Assembly (NCBI RefSeq): GCF_006345805.1
Contig: NC_043013.1
Span: forward strand, 5,146,001 to 5,210,000
Origin: Octopus sinensis
Lineage: Eukaryota
DNA length: 64,000 bases
Direction of reading: 5' to 3'
The notes beneath the pieces are model-generated. The model was not told where the DNA came from and searched no databases. It worked only from the letters and a program-made list of their open reading frames with translations. Positions 1-12,400 of this stretch are shown piece after piece; position 1 is the stretch's first letter, and each line of letters opens with the position of its first letter. Both the position numbers and the translations under genes were made by a program.

Positions 1-1926
1 TCTGGCAATGTTTCTACAGCTGGATGCCCTTCCTAACGCCAACCACTCCGAGAGTGTAGTGGGTGATTTTATGTGCCACCGACACAGGTGCAAGACGAGG
101 CTGGCGAACGGCCACGCTCGGATGGTGTTTTTTTTTATGTGCCACCGACACAGGTGCCAGACGAGGCTGGCAGGCGGCCACGCTCGGATGGTGTTTTTAT
201 GTGCCACCGACACAAGTGCCAGATGAGGCTGGCGAACGGCCACGATCGGATGGTGTTTGTTACGTGCCCACAGCACGGAGGCCAGTCGATGCGGTACTGG
301 CTACGCCCACGTTCGGATGGTATTCTTGTGTGCCACCGGCACTGGTACCACAAAGATACAAATTCCATTGATGTTCATCTATTTTGATTTGGTTTGATTT
401 TCACTTGCCTCAACAGGTCTTCACAACTGTCACACACTTGCCTCAACAGGTCTTCACAAGTGTCACATACTTGCCTCAACAGGTCTTCACAAGTGTCATA
501 AGAAGGAAGGTATACACAGGTGGACTGACTACGTCCCAGGTAGGGGCCACGGGTTATGGCCTGACTAGTCTTGCCGGTCTTTGGATGGTGTTTTTATGTG
601 CCACCAACACAGGTGCCAGATGAGGCTGGCGAACGGCCACGATCGGATGGTGTTTGTTACGTGCCCACAGCACGATGTGGTACTGGCTACCGCCACGTTC
701 GGATGGTTTTCTTGTGTGCCACCGGCATTGGTACCACAAAGATACAAATTCCATTGATGTTCATCTATTTTGATTTGATTTGATTTGATTTGATTATGAT
801 TATGATTATCACTTGCCTCAACAGGTCTTCACAAGTGTCATTTGATTTGATTTGCACTTGCCTCAACAGGTCTTCACAAGTGTCATAAGAAGGAAGGTAT
901 GCACAGGTGGACTGACTACGTCCCAGGAAGGGGCCACGGGCTATGGCCTGACTAGTCTTGCCGGGTCTTCGGACAGGTGCCAGATGAGGCTGGCGAACGG
1001 CCACGATCGGATGGCGTATGTGCCCACAGCACAGGGGCCAGTCGATGCGGTACTGGCTACAGCCACGTTCGGATGGTTTTCTTGTGTGCCACCGGCACTG
1101 GTACCACAGAGATACAGATTCCATTGATGTTCATCTATTTTGATTTGTTTTGATTTTTTGATTTGTTGATTTTCACTTGCCTCAACAGGTCTTCACAAGT
1201 GTCACAAGAAGGAAGGTATGCACAGGTGGACTGACTACGTCCCAGGTAGGGGCCACCACGATCGGATGGTGTTTGTTATGTGCCCACATCACAGAGGCCA
1301 GTCGATGCGGTACTGGCTACGGCCACGTTCGGATGGTTTTCTTGTGTGCCACCGGTACTGGTACCACAAGATACAAATTCCATTGATGTTCATCTATTTT
1401 GATTTGGTTTGATTTTCACTTGTCTCAACAGGTCTTCACAAGTGTCACACACTTGCCTCTGCCTCAACAGGTCTTCTCAAGTGTCACACACTTGCCTCTG
1501 CCTCAACAGGTCTTCACAAGTGTCACACACTTGCCTCAACAGGTCTTCACAAGTGTCACACACTTGCCTCAACAGGTCTTCACAAGTGTCACACACTTGC
1601 CTCAACAGGTCTTCACAAGTGTCATAAGAAGGAAGGTATGCACAGGTGGACTGACTACGTCGCTGGGTCTTCGGATGGTGTTTTTATGTGCCACCGACAC
1701 AGGTGCCAGATGAGGCTGGCGAACGGCCACGATCGGATGGTGTTTGTTGTGCCCACAGCACGGAGGCCAGTCGATGTGGTACTGGCTACGGCCACGTTCG
1801 GATGGTTTTCTTGTGTGCCACCGGTACTGGTACCACAAAGATACAAATTCCATTGATGTTCATCTATTTTGATTTGGTTTGATTTTTTGATTTTCACTTG
1901 CCTCAACAGGTCTTCACAAGTGTCAC
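1..1926 (-). repeat. Five head-to-tail copies of the RTE 3' UTR segment, with nested 62-bp and 33-bp subrepeats
   Basis: Reverse complement matches 50050-50400. Units are about 1-580, 581-971, 972-1258, 1259-1670 and 1671-1926. The 33-bp subrepeat occurs x3 (402-497) and x6 (1417-1625). Confidence 0.93.
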
Positions 1927-1933
1927 ATATATA

Positions 1934-1967
<34 letters not shown>

Positions 1968-2012
1968 GTATGTATATATATGTATGTATGTATTTATGTA
2001 TATGTATGTATG

Positions 2013-2053
<41 letters not shown>

Positions 2054-2102
2054 GTATATATATGTATGTATGTATATCTATGTATGTATATATATGTATA
2101 TA
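1927..2102. repeat. (TA)/(TATG) compound microsatellite
   Basis: Direct inspection. Confidence 0.95.
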
Positions 2103-2526
2103 TTTCCGTTTTTGATTTTACTTTACTCTCCGCCTACCAAATCCATTCACTAAGCTTTGATTGACCTAGTGTGTAGGTGAACTTGTCCAAGGTACCATGC
2201 AGTGGATTTGAACCCCAAACCACCTGGTTAGGAAGGTGTGCATATCAAAATTAGCATTTGAATGACTTAGTGGTTAGAATGCTTGACTCACAAACCTAAG
2301 GCCGTGAGTTCCGTGTGCTGTGTCCTTGAGCAAGACGCTTTATTTCACATTGCTGCGTTCCACTCAGCTGGAAAAAATGAGTAAACCTGCGATGGACTGG
2401 CACCCCATCCAGGAGGGGAATATATATTCCATGGAGACCAGCAAACCAGCCCTTATGAGTCAGTGTCACTCAGGAAGGAAAACGTTGCGCCCCCCCCTTT
2501 TTTTTATTTTGAAAATTTTGTTGTTA

Positions 2527-2944
2527 GGTGTAGGAGTGGCTGTGTGGTAAGTAGCTTGCTTACGGACCTCATGGTTCCGGGTTCAGTCCCACTGTGTGGC
2601 ACCTTGGACAAATGTCTTCTACTATAGCCTCGGGCCAACCAAAGCCTTGTGATTGGATTTGGTAGATGGAAACTGAAAGAAGGCCGTCGTATATATGTGT
2701 GTATATATGTATGTGTGTGTGTATATATATATGTTTGTGTGTCTGTGTTTGTCCCACAAACATTGCTTGACAACTGATGCTGGTGTATTTACATGCCTGT
2801 AATTTAGCGGTTCGGCAAAAAGACACCAATAGAATAAGTACTAGGCTTACAAAGAATAAGTCCTGAGGTCGATTTGCTTGACTAAAGGCCGTACTCCAGC
2901 ATGGCCACAGTCAAATGACTGAAATGAGTAAAGGAGTAAAAGAG
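2527..2944 (+). mobile_element. tRNA-derived SINE family A (central TA/TG microsatellite)
   Basis: ggagtggctgtgtggtaag A-box-like, ggttcagtccc B-box-like; about 20 copies or fragments in the window. Confidence 0.85.
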
Positions 2945-3384
2945 TTAATTAAATTTTTTTTTTTTAAATCAGTTTAAAATCTGGACTGTCCAAAGTTTTG
3001 TCTTCGATCTCAGCAACTGACCATTAAATGTGTTTATGGGGAGACAGATATTGAAAAACGTCAATAAGTCTGACTGACTAACAAAGAGAGTACAAGGTAG
3101 TCATGAGGTGTGCTAAAAATAACAGCTAATTAGCCTTTACATCATGCACCAAAAAAAGATTTTTTGTGGGGACAGGGTTTGCATAATTGTATGAATTCCC
3201 TTGTATATAACATAAATTTGCAAAAGTTTTGTGAAAATTCCCAAAAAGTAGAAAAGCTATGAGAAGGTTATATGGCATACTAAAAGCAAAATTCCACCAT
3301 CCAGTTTGATCCTTGCTCACAATTTTCTCTCTCCATTAGAAATAATCACACCACTCATTTCTGTATTTGTTTTACTATCACCAG

Positions 3385-3468
3385 GTCATCTTTCTAGTGA
3401 ACATCTATTCAGTGAAAACAGCATGTTTACGTGATCGAGCCCGGATAGTTCGCGAAATACTTCGCAAG
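3385..3468 (+). CDS. Gene A exon (VIFLVNIYSVKTACLRDRARIVREILRK)
   Basis: cag|GTC ... AAG|gtaagt, 84 nt, phase 0. Confidence 0.8.
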
Positions 3469-6400
3469 GTAAGTCTTTTTTGAAAAATACTTGCTTCAGT
3501 TTGTGGTGAATTATGAACAGAAACGTACATCAGTATGGTTGTATGATTGTGATTAGTTACAGGGATGTCCACTGCTACATCATGGCTGGGGTAACATTGT
3601 CTACAGTTGTGATTAATTTCTGCAGTGTCTGCAGCTCAGGTGATTGGAGCACAACTCTGTACAATTGCAATTAGGCACTGCATTGTACAAACAGTCCTCA
3701 GAAAATTTCAAAGAAGCCATCATGCCCTTAGTGAGGTCAATGAAAATGTTGCATAAGACCAACATTTTTTCCTCACATTTCTCCTGAAACTGGTTATAAA
3801 ATATGAAGTCCCTTTTATTGGGTTGGTGCATAAATATTGCAGCTTTTTTTTCAATAAATTTTATTCAACAAAACCAATAACAGCATTTAACAAAAACATC
3901 TTTAAATGATTATTCCAAGGTATATTCACCATCTCCTTCAATTTCTGCTTGGCGTTTTGTTTAAATTTTTTGTTGAATAAAATTTATTGGGGAAAAAAAG
4001 CCGCAATAATGCACCAACCTAATAAATGTGTCAGAACAAAGCTATTGGGTTGTCCAGAAAGTTCGTACCGATTTATAGTAGCTTACCTTTCGACTTATTT
4101 TAGAACATGGTTGAGTCCATAAAATAGGATTTGACTACGCGTCCATTTAGAGCACAGTTTAAGCTATCTTTTCGTGGAAGAAGGTTTATGTTCCTGTAAC
4201 CTGTGTTAATTCTGTAACCCTTTAAAATGGAAGATAAAAAAGTTCATTTTCGGAACTTGATGCTTTGGGAACCAGACAAAAATTGCTGCAGCTTGGCTGA
4301 GATCTGTTACCCCACCCTCCATATTCACCAGATATTGCTCCTACGGATTTCCACTTATTCAGGTCTCTGCAGAATAGTCTTAATGGTAAAAAGTTCAATT
4401 CCTTGGATGACGTAAAAAGATACCTTGATGAATTCTTTGCCATGAAACCACCTCAATTCTGGGAAGAGGGTATTTTCAAGTTAAGGGAAAGATGGAGATG
4501 CATTGTGCAACAAAATGCTTCATATTTGGTTGATTAAAAATGTAATGGCAAGTATTTATTGACCTTTTTCTTTCCTTCAAAAATCGGCATGAACTTTCCG
4601 GACAACCCAATACATCCCCTGAGTCCTGCCAACATGGGAAAGTTAATGTGAAATGGCATTGCTGCTGATTGTGCATTAATATGTGGATGACCTTGTTGAA
4701 CTGCTTGCATGTTGGACAAAATGCTTAACAGTTCTTCTGGCTCTTTATGTTCTGAGGTCAAACACTGCCAAAACCAACACTGTCCGTCATCCTCCTTCGG
4801 AGTTGATAAAATACGTAACAATCAAGATTTGTGGTCAATGTAATTGAGTTGCCCACTTCCCTCAACACTACTGATCTTGTGCTAAAATTATTATCATTAT
4901 TATTATTATTATTAAGGTGGCAAGCTGGCAGAATTGTTAATGTGCTGGGCGAAATGCTTAGCAGTATTTCATCTGCCACTACGTTCTGAGCTCAAATTCT
5001 GCTGAGGTCCACTTTGCCTGTCATCCTTTCGGGGGCGATAAATAAATTACCAGTTGAGTACTGGAGTTGATGTAATCTCCCCCACCCCCCACCCAAATTC
5101 AAACCTTGTGCCTATAGCAGAAAGGATTATTATCATTATCATTATTATTATTAAGGCAGCAAGCTGGCAGAATCGTTAGCGTGCTGGACAAAGTGCTTAG
5201 TGGTATTTCTTCTGCCGCTATGTCCTGAGTTCAAATTCCGCTGAGGTCGACTTTGTCTTTCATCCTTTCAGAGACGATTAAATAAGTCCCAGTTATGCAC
5301 TGGGTCGATGTAATCAACTTAATCCCTTCCCCCAAATTTGAGGCCTTGTGCCTATAATAGAAAGGATTATTATTATTAGTGAAAGGGGAATAGTGGTGAT
5401 TGCTGTATTTTACCATATTGTTTCTTCTGCTTTCATTTTTCTTTTTCTTTTTTTTCCTCCAGAGAATCTTCAAATCTTTCAAAGACACCAAAGTTGACAT
5501 GCCATATTCCTGCCCATTCACAGAAGAGCGAGATGTCTACATTATACAAGAACGGCAGAAATATATGAAGTCTTTAACCAAATGGCATTGCTCCTTCTGT
5601 GGCAAAGAATTCTATGGAGAAAACTATCTCGACAAACACTTTGATAACAGACACCCACAATATGTCCGAACGGCAAGTTATTTTCATTTTTTTGTTTCTT
5701 TACCATTTTTCCGTTTTAGAACTGATAAAAAATAATTCATGTATGACGACGGACTTGGTAAACACCCACAAAGTTATCAACCACCTCACCAACAACAACA
5801 CTGAACACCTTTTTGATCTCCATGTGTCTAACACACGTGGACATGCCTACAAAGTCAGAAAACAACACAGCTCCCATGACTTTCGGAAACATTTTTTCAC
5901 GCTCAGAGTTGCTGAAGCATGGAACAAACTGCCTGCGTCAGTTGTTGACTGCCATGACACTGCATCCTTTAAGGCCCTCATGCTTTCCGAAATCTGCCGA
6001 AACTACACCTGATTATATATACACTTTAGATGAGTTGTAGTGCACCTGAGCACTGTACACAATTATTATTATTATTTTATATAGGCAGAGGCATGGCTTC
6101 TGTGAGTAAGAAACTTGGATCTTTACCTTTTGACCGACAGATTTTTAAAATAACTACAACTTCAACGTGAAATATCTTCATAAATATAAGTTTTTCTCAA
6201 AAATGCTAAGAGTAAAATATGTTTTATATGACATGTATTACCAGTGTCTGAAGTTTGAAAGTGTTTAGTTACCAAAAATTATTTTTTAAATCTGTAGGTC
6301 AAAAATTAAAGATCCAGAAACTTGCTTTCAAAGCACATGGTTTTGGGTTCAGTCCCACTGAGTGTCACCTTGGATAAGTACTTTCTATTATAGCCTTGGG

Positions 6401-9400
6401 CTAACCGAAGCCTTTTGAGTGGATTTGGTAGAGCGAAACTGAAAGATGCCCATCATGTGTGTATCCTTAGTTTGAAGTCATGTGATAGTTGTAAATGATT
6501 ATCACTGTCATACAATCGGTGTCATTCAGCGAGAATATGTCTGGTCATGGGACAATACTACCTTACTTGGAAAGGCTGCAAGCTGGCAGAATCGTTAGCA
6601 TGCTAAACAAAACTCTTAACGACATTTCACCCGTTTTGTGTTCCATGGTCAAATTCTGTCAAGATCCATTTTGCCTGTCATCCTTTCGGTGTTGATAAAA
6701 TGTCTACTAGTTAAACATTGGGGGTTTGATGTAATCGACCCCCCCCACCTCTGAAATTGTTGGCTTCGTGCTAAAATTTGAAATCAGCATTATCTTGCTT
6801 TGGACACAGGTAGGTACCCCCAAAATAAACTCTGTCCAACCCATGCAAGCACAGAAAAGTGGACATTGAAGATGATTAGGAAGAGCACTAGCATAGCTAG
6901 AGTGTGTGCCACCCGGGGCAGCCCTTGTTTGTTGACCCCAGACCCCACAAAAAGCACATATTCCCTACAGCAGACCCAAAAGTGGTGCCCCGTTAAAAGT
7001 GCCACCCAAGGCAGACTGCCCACCACTACCCCCAAGCTACGCTAGTGATGAGGAGGAATAGAACTGTAGTAATTAGTTATTCAGGTGTAGATGCAGCTTT
7101 GCGAACTTTGTAACCACATGGTTTCAGGTTCAGTCCTACAGTCTGACACCTTAGGCAAGTTTCCTTTTTTTTTTTATAGCCTGGATGAGGATGAATGATC
7201 GATGCTTTTCTGAGTGAAATTTTTGTTGACCAAATGTAGAATATTTTGTTCTTTTATCTTTTACTTATTTTGATCATTAGACTTTACTCACACTGGGACA
7301 CCATCTTGGAGGGTTTAATCTAACAAATTCACCCCCAGTACTTATTTTTTAAGTCTGTAACTTATTCTATTGATCTCTTTTACTGAACAGCTAAATTACA
7401 GGGACATAAATAAACCAACACCATTCATTAAGCAGTGAGTGGAAACAAACACACAGTCATACACCAATGTGTGTGTGTGACCAATGCTGGACACCTTTTT
7501 GTTCCTCAATACTATGCCCCCCCATCTCCATCCACCCCAGTTGAGGGGGCGTGGTATGCAAGTTATTTGGTGACCTCACTGCTGCTGGTCCCACATAAAA
7601 TGCACCCAGTTCACTCTGTAAAGCAGCTGACATTAGAAAGGGCACCCAGCCATAAAAGCCAAAACAGACAGCAGAGCTTGGTTTAGTCTTCTGTTCCTGT
7701 CAAACTGTCCAACCCATGCCAGTATGGGAAATTGAATTTAAATGATGAAGATGACTATAATATAATATATATAATAGGCACAGGTGTGGCTGTGTGACAA
7801 GAAGTTTGCTTTCCAATCTCGTGGTTCCTGGTTCAGTCCCACTGCATGGTACATTGGGCAAGTGTTTTTTACTATCACCTCAGGCTGACCAAAATCTTGT
7901 GAATGAATCTGGTAAATCGAAACTGAGAGAAGCCTGTCATATATGTGTATGTCTATATATACCAGTGTCACGCAAATGGCACTTCTGCTGGTGGAATGTA
8001 AAAGCACCCATTACACTCTCGGAGTGGTTGGTGTTAGGAAGGGCATCCAGCTGTAGAAAACCATGCCAAACCAGACTGGAGCCTGGTGCAACCTTCCAGC
8101 TTGCCATCTCTGGTCAAACCGTCCGACCCATGCTGGCATGGACAATGGACATTACTCTGTGTCTGTTTGTCCCCTACTACCACTTGACAACTGGTGTTGG
8201 TGTGTTTATGTCCCCGTAACTTTGCAGCTCAGCAAAAGAAACTGATAGAATAAGCACCGGGCTTAAACAAATAAGTGCTGGGGTTAATACATTCGACTAA
8301 AAGTCCTTCAAGGCGATGCTCCAGCATGGCTGCAATCTAACCAGTAAGAGGTAAAAGAGGAAAAAAAAAAAACCCCTAAAAGATGAAGAAACCAAAAGCT
8401 ACATGTTTGTATTAAAGTGATGTCCCTGATAAGAGCCAGGATTTATTTTGCAGGGGAATGACTCGGTGTGTCTGGCAGACTATTGTGATGTCTTCCGTTG
8501 TGAAATCCTTTCTGGTGCTCTGGAACCAAATTATTGGGACATGGCATTGTGTCTTGAAGATGACATGTTTGAGCTTCAACAGAAATGTATGGTAAGTAAC
8601 ATTCTTGTATTGCAATTAGGCTGTTGTTTAACAAACATCAGGTCAGCCCTCCTTGAGCAGATTTTGGATCAGCCTTCCCAGCCATGACCATCCATTCTAT
8701 GTTTAAGATTATTTATACCATAGGAATTAGAACTCAGTGTGCAAGCCACATTAATCTCCCTTATTCCTCTATTCTGATTAATCTCCCTTATCCCCCTGTC
8801 CTGATTAGTTTCCCTTATCCCCCCTGTCCTGATTGATCTCTCTTGTCCCCCTGTCCCGATTGATCTCCCTTGTCCCCCTGTCCCAATTGATCTCCCTTAT
8901 TCCAGTGTTTCCCTCGGCTGTAAGACAGTTGGGGTTGGGCATGCAAGAGCGTGGGTTGTGAAAATTTTTGCAAGTGACTTGAGCGCACACTTGTCGACCC
9001 TAAGCCTATCTTTGGATATTGTAATGAAAAAAACATTGCCATGCAATATGTATTCTTAAGCCATTGGAATTGATGTAGCTACAACCAGTCAGTGTACTGA
9101 GTCCAGTGTCTGCATTTGTTAGGCATTTGTTTCTGTCTCAATATCTATTATCCAAGAGAATTATTGATTCTTTTTTCTTCGTCTTATCTGGTTGAATGTG
9201 GATTCAGTGCAATTGACAATTTGCTGGAAGCCAAGAGAAGCCGGCTTGGAATTACAAAACGTGGTGATTTACGGTTGAGGTTAACAAAATTGTCTCCTTG
9301 AATCAAAGAACTGTGCCGTATGCACCAGACACAGGGTTCTCACTAAATGAGCTGAGGTATCCATCAACCAGGTAGTTGAATTAAAAATCATGTTTCTATA

Positions 9401-12400
9401 TTAAAAAAACAAAATTTATGGACACCAGAGTTTTTAATGTGGGGCACTGCAAAATTTGTTATTAAAATGTGGGGCACCGGAGAAAATGGTTGGGAAACAC
9501 TGCTCTATTCCAATAAATCTCCCTTATTCCTCTATTCTAATCAATTTCCCTTATTCCTCTATTCCAATCAATCTCTTTTATTCTTCTATTCTGATCAACC
9601 CCCCCTTATTCCTCTATTCCGATCAATCTCCCTTATTCCTCTATTCCGATCAATCTCCCTTATTCTTCTATTCCAATTGACCTCCCTTATTCTTCTATTC
9701 CAATTGACCTCCCTTATTCTTCTATTCCAATTGACCTCCCTTATTCTTCTAGTCCGATCGCCCTCCCTTATTCTTCTATTCCGATCGCCCTCCCTTATTC
9801 CTCTATTCCGATCGTCCTCCCTTATTCCTCTATTCCGATCGTCCTCCCTTATTCCTCTATTCCGATCGACCTCCCTTTCAATTAATTTTCAAAAATCGTT
9901 TAGAATTTTGATAAATAACTTTGTTTCAATTAATTTTGAAAATAATCAAGAACTACAGAGAATAACTTGGCCCTTTTTAAGCTGGTGTTTGGAACATAAC
10001 ATGAAATTTTGATGAAAGATTTTGCTCCAACTGGCGCCTGTGCCAGTAGCATGTAAAAAGCACCATCCGAACGTGGGTGATGCCAGTGCTGCCTGACTGG
10101 CACCCGTGTAGGTGGTACGTAAAAAGCACCCACTACACTCTTGGAGTGGTTGGCGTTAGGAAGGGCACCCAGCTGTAGAAACATTACTAGATCAGATTGG
10201 AGCCTGGTGAGGCCTCCTGCCTTGCCCGTCCCCAGTCAAACCATCCAACCCATGTCAGCATGGAAAACGGACGTTAAGTGATGAGGATCATCATCACTTT
10301 AACCCTTTTGTTACCATATTTCTGTTGAAATACCTTGCTTTTACTTGAATTAATTTTTAAAATAATAATTTAGTAAAATAAATTGATATTATTAACCTCA
10401 TGTTTGGACCACAAATTGACATGATTTTAAATCACTTTTAACCTTTTAGTATTTAAACCGGCCATATCCGGCCAAAATAGTTAATCTGTTTTATGTTCAA
10501 ACTGACCAGATCCAGGCCCTCACACCTACCCTACAATGTTATTCTACATGAAGTAATTACACCATCAAGATCTTGAAGATATGAGATAATGCATGATTAA
10601 TTCAAATCAATGGGAATCAATAGGCATTATATTTGATTGAATAATCTGAACACTAAAGGGTTAAACAGGGTCTTTGAGTCAAAGGACCATGAACTGCCTC
10701 ATTAGGAAACCTCCATTTGTCAAAGCATTAAAATCCACTTCTGCGACATAAGTTTATTCAGTTCTATCAAATCTCTGAACCAATTTTCTACCATTCCACA
10801 CAACACCAAATTTGATTTCTTCATTAACTGCTTTTCTGTTTTTTTGGCTTGTTTTTTGTTTTTCTCCATTTTATGATTATTATTTTTAAAATTCCAAGAA
10901 AAAATGCCCAGGATTTTTCTGTTTGACTTTTTACAATTATTTTATTTCCACTTCCAGGAAGTAATCAAAGAATGCATCCCCTCCACAGCATCTACAAATT
11001 CATCAAGACATATTCAAGGTAAATTTGTCGGGGGTTTTTTTTTGTGTGTTTTTTAAGTCAAAATGGCTTTGTTCATTAATGTTATTAACTTTAATTAACT
11101 TTATTAGAGAATTAGCATTAGTTAATGTTATTGAGGGGTTAAGCTGGCAAAATCATCCGCATACTGGACAACATACTTCACTGCATTTCTCGTGGCCTTA
11201 CAAATGTGAGCTGAGTACTCCACAGACATATTGGGTTGTCCAGAAGGTTTGTGCTAATTTATAGTAGCTTACCTTTCGACTTGTTTTAGAACATGGTTGA
11301 GTTCATAAAATAGGATTTTACTACACCTCCATTTAGTGCACAGTTTAAGCTATCTTTTCCTTAAAATCCTTAAAAATCCTTAAAAATGTTTTAGCCCGAA
11401 GGCCGCGGCCATGCTGGGGCACCACCGCTGTAAGGTTTATGTTCCTATAACCTGTGTTAATTCTGTAACCCTTTAAAATGGACAATAAGAAAGTTCATTT
11501 TTGGCACTTGATGCTTTGGGAACCAGACGAAAATTGCTGCAGCTCGGCTGGGATGTGTTACCCAACCCTCCATATTCACCAGATATTGCTCCTTCGGATT
11601 TCCACTTATTCAGGTCTCTGCAGAATAGTCTTAATGGTAAAAATTTCAATTCTTTGGATGACATGAAAAGATACCTTGATGAATTCTTTGCCATGAAACC
11701 ACCTCAATTCTGGGAAGAGGGTATTTTCAAGTTAAAGGAAAGATGGAGACGCATTGTGCAACAAAATGGTTCATATTTGGTTGATTAAAGGATTTTAAGG
11801 AAAAAATGTAAAGGCAAGTATTTATTGACCTTTTTCTTTCCTTTAAAAATCGGCACAAACTTTCCGGACAACCCAATATATACCCTTAACGTAGTTCTCA
11901 GGGAGATTCAGTATGACACAGAATGTGACAAAGCTGGCCCTTTTGAATTACTGGTACAACTCAATTTTGCCAGTTGAGTGAATTGGAGAAATGTGAAATA
12001 AAGTGTTGCTGGGAATCCAACTCCTGACCTTGCAACAGTAAACCAAATACCCTGACCACTAAGCTACGGGGCTTCACATAACGGTGACCATACAACTCCA
12101 CCAGGAGTTAATGTACAAGGCAAGTTTACAAATATTAGCAGGAAGATATAAGGTGAGAAATAGTTCTGCCTGACTGGGGAACATTGAGCTCTCAATGGCC
12201 CAAGAAGAAACACTGACAGATCTTGTATCACAGGGACCCAGTGAATCGGGCAGAACAAAACTGATATAAAAGCAATGGTGATTAAAGAGGTGGAGAGCCA
12301 TGACTGATGAGGATTCATTTATGTTTTCTATTTATTCCCAGATGTGTTTTCCAATGAAGTTTGCTCATTCTTAGATTGCCGCCGTTACTGGGAAGCACCA

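Noticed and set aside
1417-1625. 33-bp repeats resembling a CRISPR array
   Set aside because: Contiguous tandem units with no unique spacers, eukaryotic context, and derived from the RTE 3' UTR.
9437-10012. 191-aa hydrophobic repetitive ORF
   Set aside because: Translation of the 27-bp minisatellite (9-aa period); intronic.
12298-12330. CUGAUGA hammerhead seed
   Set aside because: No GAAA or stem pairing downstream; it is simply the acceptor region of a gene A exon.
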